Part shown: positions 16,191 to 25,571 of the stretch, in pieces
Position numbering within the stretch: position 1 is the first letter of the stretch
Layout of the letters: every line of letters starts with the position of its first letter
Source: Planktothrix sp. FACHB-1365
GTDB lineage: Bacteria > Cyanobacteriota > Cyanobacteriia > Cyanobacteriales > Microcoleaceae
Length of the DNA stretch: 37,207 nt
Assembly: GCF_014697575.1 (NCBI RefSeq)
Contig: NZ_JACJSC010000008.1
Location: 157,075-194,281 of the forward strand
Direction: 5' to 3'
Translations under genes and position numbers: made by a program
The notes under the pieces: model-generated
Told to the model about the DNA's origin: nothing
Databases searched by the model: none
Seen by the model: only the letters and a program-made list of their open reading frames with translations

Positions 16191-18975
16191 CTCCCCACTC
16201 GCTGGGGAAATTAATTGATTGGAAACTTCAATGATCTCTGTTGTCTTGAAGAAGTCTATACTAGCTCCCCACTCGCTGGGGAAATTAATTGATTGGAAAC
16301 TGCACTAGAGAACACAGCGCCATCAGGGTACATACGTACCTCCCCACTCGCTGGGGAAATTAATTGATTGGAAACCTTGAGGTACCTAATTTAGTTAAGA
16401 GTGTATATACTCCCCACTCGCTGGGGAAATTAATTGATTGGAAACACAATCCCTCCTTATGAGATAGCAATTATAGGGAGGGAGATTAAGGACTCCCCAC
16501 TCGCTGGGGAAATTAATTGATTGGAAACACAGGAGGTAATAACTTCACTGCAATTGAAGTTATCTCCCCACTCGCTGGGGAAATTAATTGATTGGAAACG
16601 AAGGATAATGCGATTCAATAGATAGATATAAGAGAGGTCTCCCCACTCGCTGGGGAAATTAATTGATTGGAAACGGTAATATCAAATGACTATTCTTCTT
16701 ACTTACTCCCCACTCGCTGGGGAAATTAATTGATTGGAAACATCAAGAATCTGGCAGTCGGCTGCCTTTACGTGGTCTCCCCACTCGCTGGGGAAATTAA
16801 TTGATTGGAAACTTGTAGCGAGTTATATACATCAATAGCTTCTTGGACTCCCCACTCGCTGGGGAAATTAATTGATTGGAAACTAGGGTAAATCTGACAT
16901 ATCAATTCTCCTATACTCTCCCCACTCGCTGGGGAAATTAATTGATTGGAAACGAGGTCATTGCCATCGAACTTACCGAACTCCAAGTAGCTCCCCACTC
17001 GCTGGGGAAATTAATTGATTGGAAACTCGTATTCATCGTAAAGGTCTTCTGGTTCCCACCGCTCCCTCCCCACTCGCTGGGGAAATTAATTGATTGGAAA
17101 CGGTGAACTGCTTGACTCCAAAGTGGGTGAAACCTTCAACTCCCCACTCGCTGGGGAAATTAATTGATTGGAAACTAGGAACTTATGTAGTTCGGCTGTG
17201 TAAGTCTTTAGCTCCCCACTCGCTGGGGAAATTAATTGATTGGAAACAACCACTCAAGAATGGTTTCACTTGCACCAAGAGGCATCGTGACTCCCCACTC
17301 GCTGGGGAAATTAATTGATTGGAAACTCTCCCATTCAATGGGAAGACTTAGATATTTCCACCTCCCCACTCGCTGGGGAAATTAATTGATTGGAAACTTA
17401 ACTATCCCTTTATATTGTTAGGTCATTTCACATTCCCCTCCCCACTCGCTGGGGAAATTAATTGATTGGAAACTGGCACTCTTCTACATGACCTCCAATC
17501 TGAATCTGTTTCCACTCCCCACTCGCTGGGGAAATTAATTGATTGGAAACCTTGTTCAGTAATACCTTTAGTAGATGTTAAGTACTCCCCACTCGCTGGG
17601 GAAATTAATTGATTGGAAACCGGAGTTGTTGTCCTCAGTTAATTATTGAAAATGATCAACACTCCCCACTCGCTGGGGAAATTAATTGATTGGAAACGAG
17701 TGCCACAATTTCATCGTGGCTGATTTCTTGTGCATTAATCTCCCCACTCGCTGGGGAAATTAATTGATTGGAAACCTGAAATAGAGAGAGTTATCTCTCT
17801 AAGGAACTCATGTTCCATCTTGACTCCCCACTCGCTGGGGAAATTAATTGATTGGAAACCAGGACGAGCGAGAAGTTCAGCTGCACGTTTTTGTTGCCCT
17901 TCTCCCCACTCGCTGGGGAAATTAATTGATTGGAAACTGTGTAGGGATAACTAACTCCCTGAAGGATTGCCCCTCCCCACTCGCTGGGGAAATTAATTGA
18001 TTGGAAACAAAAGAGAGAAGGTTAGATTGGAACCCACCCCAACTCCCCACTCGCTGGGGAAATTAATTGATTGGAAACTCTTAAAGACAATTTGATTGTT
18101 GAGAGACTCACATTCGTCTGGGTCTCCCCACTCGCTGGGGAAATTAATTGATTGGAAACACTGCAGAAGCTGTACCTAACCACCACTCTAAGGTGGCATC
18201 ATATCTCCCCACTCGCTGGGGAAATTAATTGATTGGAAACTAGAAGTAGAGGGAAGAGGTGAAGAGTAGAAATAGTCTCCCCACTCGCTGGGGAAATTAA
18301 TTGATTGGAAACCAGTGAGTAGTCGGTAACAAGACATTAAGTTCTCAACTCCCCACTCGCTGGGGAAATTAATTGATTGGAAACAAGCATGATGGCCAAA
18401 GGCTTAAGCCTTAAAGCTGTACTCCCCACTCGCTGGGGAAATTAATTGATTGGAAACTTATAGCACCATAATGGTGAGTTGATCCTGGCATAGCTCCCCA
18501 CTCGCTGGGGAAATTAATTGATTGGAAACAAGGAGAAGAGATGTTTATTAGCACCACCACGACCCTCCCCACTCGCTGGGGAAATTAATTGATTGGAAAC
18601 ACTTCTTCTTCTGTTTGAAAGTACCAATTCCAGTCAACATCTCCCCACTCGCTGGGGAAATTAATTGATTGGAAACACCTCCCACTTGACCACTTCTGAG
18701 TGGCAAAGCAGGACTCCCCACTCGCTGGGGAAATTAATTGATTGGAAACAACGGATTCACATTACAAGTGTTGATTATTTTCATTCTCCCCACTCGCTGG
18801 GGAAATTAATTGATTGGAAACAGGGGATCTGACAGGTTTTTATAATGAATTTGTAACTCATTGACTCCCCACTCGCTGGGGAAATTAATTGATTGGAAAC
18901 AGGTTTGGGAAGCGATCGCGATATTCCGACCACTTCCCAGATCTCTCTACTTGCTAGGGAAATTCTATAAAATCC
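16191..18975 (+). CRISPR. CRISPR array with 37 identical 36-nt repeats (CTCCCCACTCGCTGGGGAAATTAATTGATTGGAAAC) plus one degenerate terminal repeat, and 37 spacers of about 34-47 nt
   Basis: Counted by eye: repeat starts at 16191, 16265, 16340 ... 18865. Degenerate copy CTCTCTACTTGCTAGGGAAATTCTATAAAATCC at about 18943-18975. Repeat has a CCCCA/TGGGG stem and ends in GAAAC (a type III/I-like 5' handle). Transcribed on the + strand away from cas2. Confidence 0.95.
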
Positions 18976-18995
18976 TAGTTTAAATGCACAATATC

Positions 18996-20102
18996 TTATT
19001 GCAATTGCAGTTGTCGTTGAACTTTAACTAAAGTGCGATCGCCTCTAATTAATTGATATTCAGCCTTCCAATTTCCGGGGGTTAAAGGGGATTGAGGATT
19101 ATTTTTTTTCCCCACATAACCAATCCAAGTTTTACTCGATTCATTCACAAAACTTTCATTATTAACAACTTTTATTCCCTGAGCATCATAAACATTAAAA
19201 ATCATTTTATCTCCCGTTAATACCCCATAAACCTGTACCCAAAATAACAATGCTGGACTATCTTGGGGTAAAATAGTTTCGTTAAATTTACCCTGCCATA
19301 ATTCATCCATTGTCGGGGGTTGGGTTGAAAATCCAGCCCGAATTAACCCCGTTGGAATATAGGCTAAGGATTGTTCCCAAATGGGGTTACGAGTCACATT
19401 ACATCCGGCCGTTGCTTCTGGCCCCACAAAGGGATCAATCACTTCCCCGTTATAACGAATGGTGAGATGAACATGGGGAAAGGAGGCTAACCCAGAAGCG
19501 CCAACTGATCCTAAAATTGTCCCTTTCTCAACGGTATCCCCCGGTTTAACCCGCAGGCTTCCCTGTCGCAAATGACAATATTGAGTTTCCCAGCCTGCGC
19601 CATTGGGCACAGAGCGATGGTCAATAACAACCCCATTACCGCATTCCGTCCCTTCTACCGCCGTTTTATCCGCTTCCTGTGCAATGCGTTTGTCAACCAC
19701 GCCATCTCGGACTCGTAACACCGTCCCCGCCGCCGACGCCACCACCGGAACCCCTCTGGCCATGGCTTGTTCGTCTGGTATGGCAAAATCTGTGCCTTGA
19801 TGACCATCATAGGTTTGCCGTCCACAGCCAAAATCAACAGCCTTGGGACTAGGATCTCGATCTGGGTATAACAAAATAAAGCAATCTTCACCCAGTTGAC
19901 AATCAATGGGTTGGGCAAAACGGGGGGTTTGGGGGGTTTGGGTAATCAGTTGTTGGGTCATCCCTTCCGCCAGGGTCTGAGCGTGTTGCAGAGAAGACTC
20001 AGCCGTTTGTGTGACATTCGGACTCCAACAACTGACTAATACCATTAACCCCAAAGTCAGGAAGAATGCAACCCCGTATTTTTTAGCGCTTGAACTCCTC
20101 AT
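18996..20102 (-). CDS. M23 family metallopeptidase (LytM-like) with signal peptide or lipobox
   Basis: HxxxD motif in YDGHQGTDFA and HxH motif in SFPHVHLTI. N-terminal hydrophobic signal ending in VSCWS. Confidence 0.8.
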   Translation of the reverse strand: MRSSSAKKYGVAFFLTLGLMVLVSCWSPNVTQTAESSLQHAQTLAEGMTQQLITQTPQTPRFAQPIDCQLGEDCFILLYPDRDPSPKAVDFGCGRQTYDGHQGTDFAIPDEQAMARGVPVVASAAGTVLRVRDGVVDKRIAQEADKTAVEGTECGNGVVIDHRSVPNGAGWETQYCHLRQGSLRVKPGDTVEKGTILGSVGASGLASFPHVHLTIRYNGEVIDPFVGPEATAGCNVTRNPIWEQSLAYIPTGLIRAGFSTQPPTMDELWQGKFNETILPQDSPALLFWVQVYGVLTGDKMIFNVYDAQGIKVVNNESFVNESSKTWIGYVGKKNNPQSPLTPGNWKAEYQLIRGDRTLVKVQRQLQLQ

Positions 20103-20104
20103 AT

Positions 20105-20206
20105 TTAGCCCCGTAGTCAGCCCTTCAGGGCTGTCTTTCCAGACAGAGGCGTGAACGCCTCACTACAATTTAATGGATAGAGGCGTGAACGCCTTACTAC
20201 AATTTA
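20105..20206. repeat. Hairpin CAGCCC-TTCA-GGGCTG followed by two tandem 28-nt copies of AGAGGCGTGAACGCCT(C/T)ACTACAATTTA, each with an AGGCG-TGAA-CGCCT hairpin
   Basis: Direct reading. First hairpin belongs to the same family as 313-376. Copies at 20144-20171 and 20179-20206 differ by 1 nt. Located between two minus-strand genes. Confidence 0.6.
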
Positions 20207-20857
20207 ACGGAAAAGGATATCCGATTGTAAGGTTAAATTCAGGTCCTGACTGGGACGAACCACCACAACATCGACTTTGCGACGTCCGACGAATACTCCG
20301 GTAATGGCACCGAGTCCCGCACCCCCTAACACTTCTTCGGTCGCGATCGCATTATCGCCAACAATAGCACCAATCGCCGTCGCTGCTGCTGCTCCAATGG
20401 CGGCTCCCCCTAGAATAGACCGGGCTGAAGCTCCTTTGCGAATGGTTTCTGTGCGAGTCACCACTTGAGAATTAGCATCTAAGCGAAATCGTTGTCCAGC
20501 ACTAATAATCACTTCATTAGCCACAAATTGAGATCCCCCGGAAGCGGGTTTTAATTGTCCGACAATTTCAGCCCCTGCGGGAATCCAGACCCGTCCTTGG
20601 CTGGTGACAACATTTTGTGCTACCGTCATCGTTAAAGGAACGGTTTCATTGGGCATCACCACAATTTTTTCAGCTTCTGGATATTCGACTGAAATTACAG
20701 TTCCTGCTAAGATTCTATCCCGTTGTAAGGTATTGGGAAAGGATTGAGCCGTGGCTGGAATTCTTGGCAGTAAAGGTATAGCCACGGCTGTTGTTAAACC
20801 GAATGCTAGGAAAATTGACAATCCTGAACGTGAAAATTGAGAACTGAACATAAACAC
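20204..20857 (-). CDS. Secreted or membrane protein with glycine-zipper region
   Basis: N-terminal signal-like hydrophobic segment. C-terminal GGAAIGAAAATAIGAIVGD...GGAGLGAITGVFVG glycine-zipper (GxxxG repeats). Confidence 0.45.
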   Translation of the reverse strand: MFMFSSQFSRSGLSIFLAFGLTTAVAIPLLPRIPATAQSFPNTLQRDRILAGTVISVEYPEAEKIVVMPNETVPLTMTVAQNVVTSQGRVWIPAGAEIVGQLKPASGGSQFVANEVIISAGQRFRLDANSQVVTRTETIRKGASARSILGGAAIGAAAATAIGAIVGDNAIATEEVLGGAGLGAITGVFVGRRKVDVVVVRPSQDLNLTLQSDILFR

Positions 20858-21032
20858 AACATCCTTATTTGTTCTTGAGATTAGGTTTAATCCTTATATA
20901 ACCTAAAGTCGATAGAATTGCTGTATTGTTCCTTTTGGAATCGAGTTTGACCCGAAAAACTAGGATCGTCAAGATTTATTATTGATATAGGGTACAGAGC
21001 AAAACTTAATGATATCAGCTTAGTGAAAACCT

Positions 21033-21776
21033 ATGATGATGCAAAGACTCAGGATCGCTACTTGGAATTTGGAGCATCCGAAACCAAAAAGCCCCAAAAA
21101 GACACCAGCAGTATTAGATCAAATTCAAACTATAAATGCTGATGTTTGGATCTTGACAGAGACCAATAATCTTGCTGTTGATTTATCAAAAAAGGGCTAC
21201 TTCAAGTTCTCATCAATTGAATATCAAGATAAGAGATTGGATCAAAATGCTTACACCACAATCTGGTCAAGAATACAGGCTCCTACTGAAATGCTCAAAA
21301 CATTTGATCCAATCCTCGCTGTCTGTATCAAAGTAAATTTACAAGGCTACAACCTGTTAATTTATGGGACAATTATCACCTGGCATGGCGATCGCGGAAT
21401 AGATGGAAAATCAAAAAGCTGGGAAGAACATTACCGATCAATTGAACAACATGGAAATGATTGGGAGCATCTAGCGAAAACCAACCCTGATTGCAAACTC
21501 ATAATTGCCGGAGATTTCAACCAAGCAAGAGATGGTTCACGTTGGTATGGAACTCAAAAAGGAATTGCTTTATTAACCCATGAGCTAAAACGTAACAATC
21601 TCGTTTGTTTAACTGATGAAGTTAAGCCCAAAGAACGACATAATATTGATCATATCTGTGTCAGTTATGAACTGCAACCCTATTTCCAAGTTGGCTTTTG
21701 GGAAAATATTTCTGATAGTAATGTAACCATGAGCGATCATAACGGCGTTTTTGTTGATGTGGAATTGCCAGCATAA
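21033..21776 (+). CDS. Endonuclease/exonuclease/phosphatase (EEP) family protein
   Basis: N-terminal RIATWNLE, internal IIAGDFN, C-terminal SDHNGVFVDVEL. These are the EEP catalytic motif order. Confidence 0.7.
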   Translation: MMMQRLRIATWNLEHPKPKSPKKTPAVLDQIQTINADVWILTETNNLAVDLSKKGYFKFSSIEYQDKRLDQNAYTTIWSRIQAPTEMLKTFDPILAVCIKVNLQGYNLLIYGTIITWHGDRGIDGKSKSWEEHYRSIEQHGNDWEHLAKTNPDCKLIIAGDFNQARDGSRWYGTQKGIALLTHELKRNNLVCLTDEVKPKERHNIDHICVSYELQPYFQVGFWENISDSNVTMSDHNGVFVDVELPA

Positions 21777-21880
21777 CTTGATATTGATTGATCAGTAAGT
21801 AAACAAATTAATTACACATTCAGGTTAGGAGATTTTTAAAGTCTAAAATATTGCCTATTCCCCTGATGCGTAGTGCCATA

Positions 21881-23359
21881 CTAATCTAATTCCTGTTCTA
21901 ATACATTAGCGATCGCTCGTTTTGTATTTTCGCTAAATTCTCGCACATTCACCCGATTTAATAGGACAATTGCCAGGATCATTCCGATAGCTTGAACTGT
22001 AAAAACCATTCCATAAGCTAAAACAGGAACCTGAAAGATCGCCCGTCCTAAATCTAAAACAGCACCGCCTAAAACCGTTGCTAATCCTCGCGCCATTGCC
22101 TGAGCTAAACCCCAAGCTCCAATAAAAGTTCCAGCCGTTTCAGCTAAGGTTAAATCTAACATTAAATTAATCGCTCCCGCCGTTAGAATTCCTGAACATA
22201 AACCAAAGCCTAATAATGACCCTTTTAAAAAGACAGGGTTCGCAGTAAACCCGGCGAAAATGAAGAATATTAAACAAATTGAAACTCCAATACAACCCAG
22301 TTTCACTGTATTTTTTTTACCGATACGGGGAACAATTAAAAATCCAGTTGAGGCGATACCCATTAAGGTTCCCATTCCAAAAAACGCATTTAATTGTGTA
22401 GTTTCAGACACACACATTCCAAAGACTTCACCCCCATAGGGTTCTAAAACCGCATCCTGCATAAATAAGCTAATCGTCATCACCAACAAAAAGGTAAAAA
22501 ATAATCCCGTTTGGGGACTAGCGGTTAAAATTTTAAGGGCGCGATTAAACGTAATTTGATCTTCGCGTTCCACAACAGTAGAGCGAAATTGGTAACGAGA
22601 AAACCGACGTTCAATACCGATGGTTGCAATTACAGATAATCCGATCACCATTAACGGTATTATGATAAATAACGGAGTAACAGAGGCTTGTAATTCCGGT
22701 AAATTTGTGGTTGTTGCTATGGGGTTCTCGGTCAAAATCGCAGCCCCACACAGTTCGGGACGATGAAGAATTTTAGAACTAATAATCGCTCCAATCACAA
22801 TTCCCACCATTAGCATTGACCAAACAATACTAATTAATTTAGAGCGATTATCTTCATCAGAAACATCAAATAAAAGGGCAGTAAAGGGGGTGGAACTTGC
22901 ACTTAAAGCCAAACCATATCCGGCAAAAATTAAGGCTAATAAACTCGCCCATAAATAAGCAATTCCATTAAATCCATTAACTTGAATACTCGCCCCTAAT
23001 TGCCAAACGATTTGTATTGCTAAAAATGAAGCACTGGTAAATAAAATTAACCCAATCCATACATAGCTACTGCGATGATATCCCCATAACGGTTTAGCAT
23101 CAGACATCTGACCAAACCACACCCTAGCGGGGGCAACAAATTGGTGCATTGCGATCGCCCCTGCTGCAATTAAAGCCGGAACTTTTAACTCATCAATCAT
23201 AATTCGGTTAATCACACCCAGGGTTAGTAAAGACATAATTCCTAACCCCATTTGATACAAACCTAACCGAAACATGGTAAATAGAGGAATGGGGGGCAAG
23301 GGTTTACCCTCTAGGGGATTAGAGGTTGAGGATTGCTCTGAGGAATCACCGATTTTCAT
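21881..23359 (-). CDS. PucC/BCD-family MFS-type membrane protein
   Basis: FRLGLYQMGLGIMSLLTLGVINRIMIDELKVPA closely resembles the conserved PucC N-terminal block (lrLglFQ...G...vl..GtLNRVMIvELgvPA). About 12 predicted TM segments. Confidence 0.55.
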   Translation of the reverse strand: MKIGDSSEQSSTSNPLEGKPLPPIPLFTMFRLGLYQMGLGIMSLLTLGVINRIMIDELKVPALIAAGAIAMHQFVAPARVWFGQMSDAKPLWGYHRSSYVWIGLILFTSASFLAIQIVWQLGASIQVNGFNGIAYLWASLLALIFAGYGLALSASSTPFTALLFDVSDEDNRSKLISIVWSMLMVGIVIGAIISSKILHRPELCGAAILTENPIATTTNLPELQASVTPLFIIIPLMVIGLSVIATIGIERRFSRYQFRSTVVEREDQITFNRALKILTASPQTGLFFTFLLVMTISLFMQDAVLEPYGGEVFGMCVSETTQLNAFFGMGTLMGIASTGFLIVPRIGKKNTVKLGCIGVSICLIFFIFAGFTANPVFLKGSLLGFGLCSGILTAGAINLMLDLTLAETAGTFIGAWGLAQAMARGLATVLGGAVLDLGRAIFQVPVLAYGMVFTVQAIGMILAIVLLNRVNVREFSENTKRAIANVLEQELD

Positions 23360-23504
23360 GGGTTGTAAGTTAAGACAGCAAGAAGGAAAAACAACTCATT
23401 TTTAACAATTTTATTAAAATTTAGGCTGAGTTGCATTTTCTGATTATAATAGAAGAGCTACTGAATTTCAAGTTAAACCAAATTCAAACTCTTTTTGAGC
23501 AAAA

Positions 23505-24110
23505 ATGACTAAAGTTTTATCACATTTTATTCAAATTAAAGAAGCAAAAATTCATTTCTTAGAAGTAGGAAACTCTCAAAATCCATCGGTTTTATTCCTT
23601 CATGGGGCTAGTTTTAAAGCCGAGACTTGGCAAGAGATTGGAACCCTAGAATTGATGGGTCAAAACCAATATCATGCTATTGCTGTGGATCTCCCTGGAT
23701 ATGGCAAATCTCAATCCTTGAGCGGAAATCGAGTTGAGCTTTTATTAGAGATCATTGATCATCTGAACTTATCAGGGTGCGTGTTAGTCTCTCCTTCCAT
23801 GAGTGGGAATTATAGCTTACCCTTTATCGTGCAACATTCAGATCGCTTAGGGGGATTTGTTGCTGTTGCTCCCGTGGGTATCCCTCAGATGGTAGAACAT
23901 TTACAAGGAATTTCACTGCCAACCTTAGCGATTTGGGGAAGTAATGATAGAATTGTTCCATTGGATCACGCAAAGTTACTTCAACAATTCATGCCCAATG
24001 TACAAATTGTGATTTTGGAACAAGCCGGTCATGCTTGTTACATGAAAGCAACTCCTAAGTTTCATGAACATCTCATGGAATTTGTGAACCGTATAAACTC
24101 TCATTCATAA
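23505..24110 (+). CDS. Alpha/beta hydrolase fold protein
   Basis: VLFLHGASFKAETW (HG oxyanion region), nucleophile elbow-like VLVSPSMSGNY, C-terminal GHACYME. Confidence 0.65.
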   Translation: MTKVLSHFIQIKEAKIHFLEVGNSQNPSVLFLHGASFKAETWQEIGTLELMGQNQYHAIAVDLPGYGKSQSLSGNRVELLLEIIDHLNLSGCVLVSPSMSGNYSLPFIVQHSDRLGGFVAVAPVGIPQMVEHLQGISLPTLAIWGSNDRIVPLDHAKLLQQFMPNVQIVILEQAGHACYMKATPKFHEHLMEFVNRINSHS

Positions 24111-24233
24111 CATTTTATTTATCGGTTTTTTTAGAGTTTATTATTCTTCTATTTTGTAACCGGATAAAATTATATCCTCAAGGTTAAATTCAACAATTTT
24201 TTTCTTAATTACTCCTAGGACGATTATTAAAAA

Positions 24234-24791
24234 ATGACTCACAAAACAGAAAAAGCACTTTTTCTTTTAGGCGGACTCAGCGATGATGATCTCAGCTGGA
24301 TTATCAATAAAGCAAAAATAGAAAAACTGCCCCCCGGCGAACGGTTAATTTATGAAGGACGCCCCATTAATGCCCTTTATTTTGTATTGAGTGGATTGTT
24401 AACGGTGGTGATAGGGTCGAAAGAAGATCGAGAATTAGCCCAAATTACCACAGGGGAAGTCGTTGGAGAAGTATCTTTTATTGATAGTCGCCCACCTTTA
24501 GCAACGGTTAAAGCGTTAGAAACCACTCAAGTTTTAGCCATTTCTCGTTTTGAACTCAATAGCAAACTTCACCATGATTCTAAATTTGCTGCCCGATTTT
24601 ATCATGGTTTATCCCTATGTTTAGCCAGTCGGATGCGAGGCACAATTCGACGTTTAGGTTATGATGATCTTACAGAATATGAAATAGATGTACTAGAACC
24701 TGAAGAATTTAGTGAACAGACCAAAGAATTTTTAGTTTTAGCGCAAGCTAAATTTAATTGGTTAGTTCAAAATCTCCGAGCTAGGGAATAA
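24234..24791 (+). CDS. Cyclic nucleotide-binding domain protein
   Basis: LPPGERLIYEGRPINALYFVLSGLLTV...GEVVGEVSFIDSRPPLATVKALETTQVL fits the cNMP-binding beta-roll (GE.A....R.ATV.A). Confidence 0.65.
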   Translation: MTHKTEKALFLLGGLSDDDLSWIINKAKIEKLPPGERLIYEGRPINALYFVLSGLLTVVIGSKEDRELAQITTGEVVGEVSFIDSRPPLATVKALETTQVLAISRFELNSKLHHDSKFAARFYHGLSLCLASRMRGTIRRLGYDDLTEYEIDVLEPEEFSEQTKEFLVLAQAKFNWLVQNLRARE

Positions 24792-24841
24792 AACATCAAC
24801 TATTTAGAGGTTCACGATAGCAGGAAACCGTTCATTGCTTA

Positions 24842-24869
24842 CTGTTCCCTGTTCCCTGTTCCCTGTTCC
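24842..24869. repeat. Heptanucleotide tandem repeat (CTGTTCC) x4, similar in kind to the heptamer STRR repeats described in filamentous cyanobacteria
   Basis: Direct reading: actgttccctgttccctgttccctgttccc between convergent genes. Confidence 0.7.
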
Positions 24870-24871
24870 CT

Positions 24872-25273
24872 TTACGAGTCATCCTGGGTTGAACTAATCC
24901 ACTTCCAAAAGGGATGAGTTGGCCCCTGTTTCAGAATTTTAAAGACTTGCTGTTCTAAACGGCGTTGATAGGCGGGAGAAACCCCGAATAAAATGTTGCG
25001 ACTATGCCAGACTAACGTTGCTGTTGTCATACCCATACACAACCCTAACCCCAAAGCAGCAAAACGATTATAAGCTAAACCATAACGAACCGCAGACCAA
25101 GTAAAATGGTTTTGCCAAAGGGCAATTTCTCCGCGCAAAGCCCACAGACTTAAAGGCGCTACGGTAATCCACAAAATTCCAATGACTAACCATCGGGTGT
25201 AAACCGTAAGTCGATGCAATTTTTGCACTTGAGCATTAAACATTGAATCATCTGGCGAAGGGTTTAATCCCAT
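24872..25273 (-). CDS. Hypothetical membrane protein (133 aa)
   Basis: ORF with three hydrophobic segments. No recognisable motifs. Confidence 0.35.
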   Translation of the reverse strand: MGLNPSPDDSMFNAQVQKLHRLTVYTRWLVIGILWITVAPLSLWALRGEIALWQNHFTWSAVRYGLAYNRFAALGLGLCMGMTTATLVWHSRNILFGVSPAYQRRLEQQVFKILKQGPTHPFWKWISSTQDDS

Positions 25274-25571
25274 TTGGCCTCCTGCTTTTTAACCCCTATC
25301 TGCTGTGGCATGAGGACTGCCCTCATGGGTCAATTTTAGAACAGCTTTCACTTATTACAATTTATTGATGACCTCAGTAAACTCCTTCTCCTGATTCATT
25401 GATCTTTACATAAGTAGGTAGGCGGGATTAAACTTGTCCATGTAACAATATGTAAAGGAGGCTTAGATCAGCCATTAGAGAGCGTTAGAACGATTTATAA
25501 TCGTTTACATAGGGAGTTTTTATAGAGCCTACCTACTTACTTTCGTTTTTTATACCTATTGACTTAAAACA

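Noticed and set aside
16768-17318. Listed ORFs 16768-16998 (-) and 17094-17318 (+) inside the CRISPR array
   Set aside because: Their translations are made of the periodic repeat sequence (the repeated peptide LIDWKL / SPASGE comes from the CRISPR repeat). They are artefacts of the array.
19603-19918. ORFs 19603-19800 (+) and 19655-19918 (-) within the M23 peptidase gene
   Set aside because: Alternative-frame ORFs inside a CDS with clear catalytic motifs.
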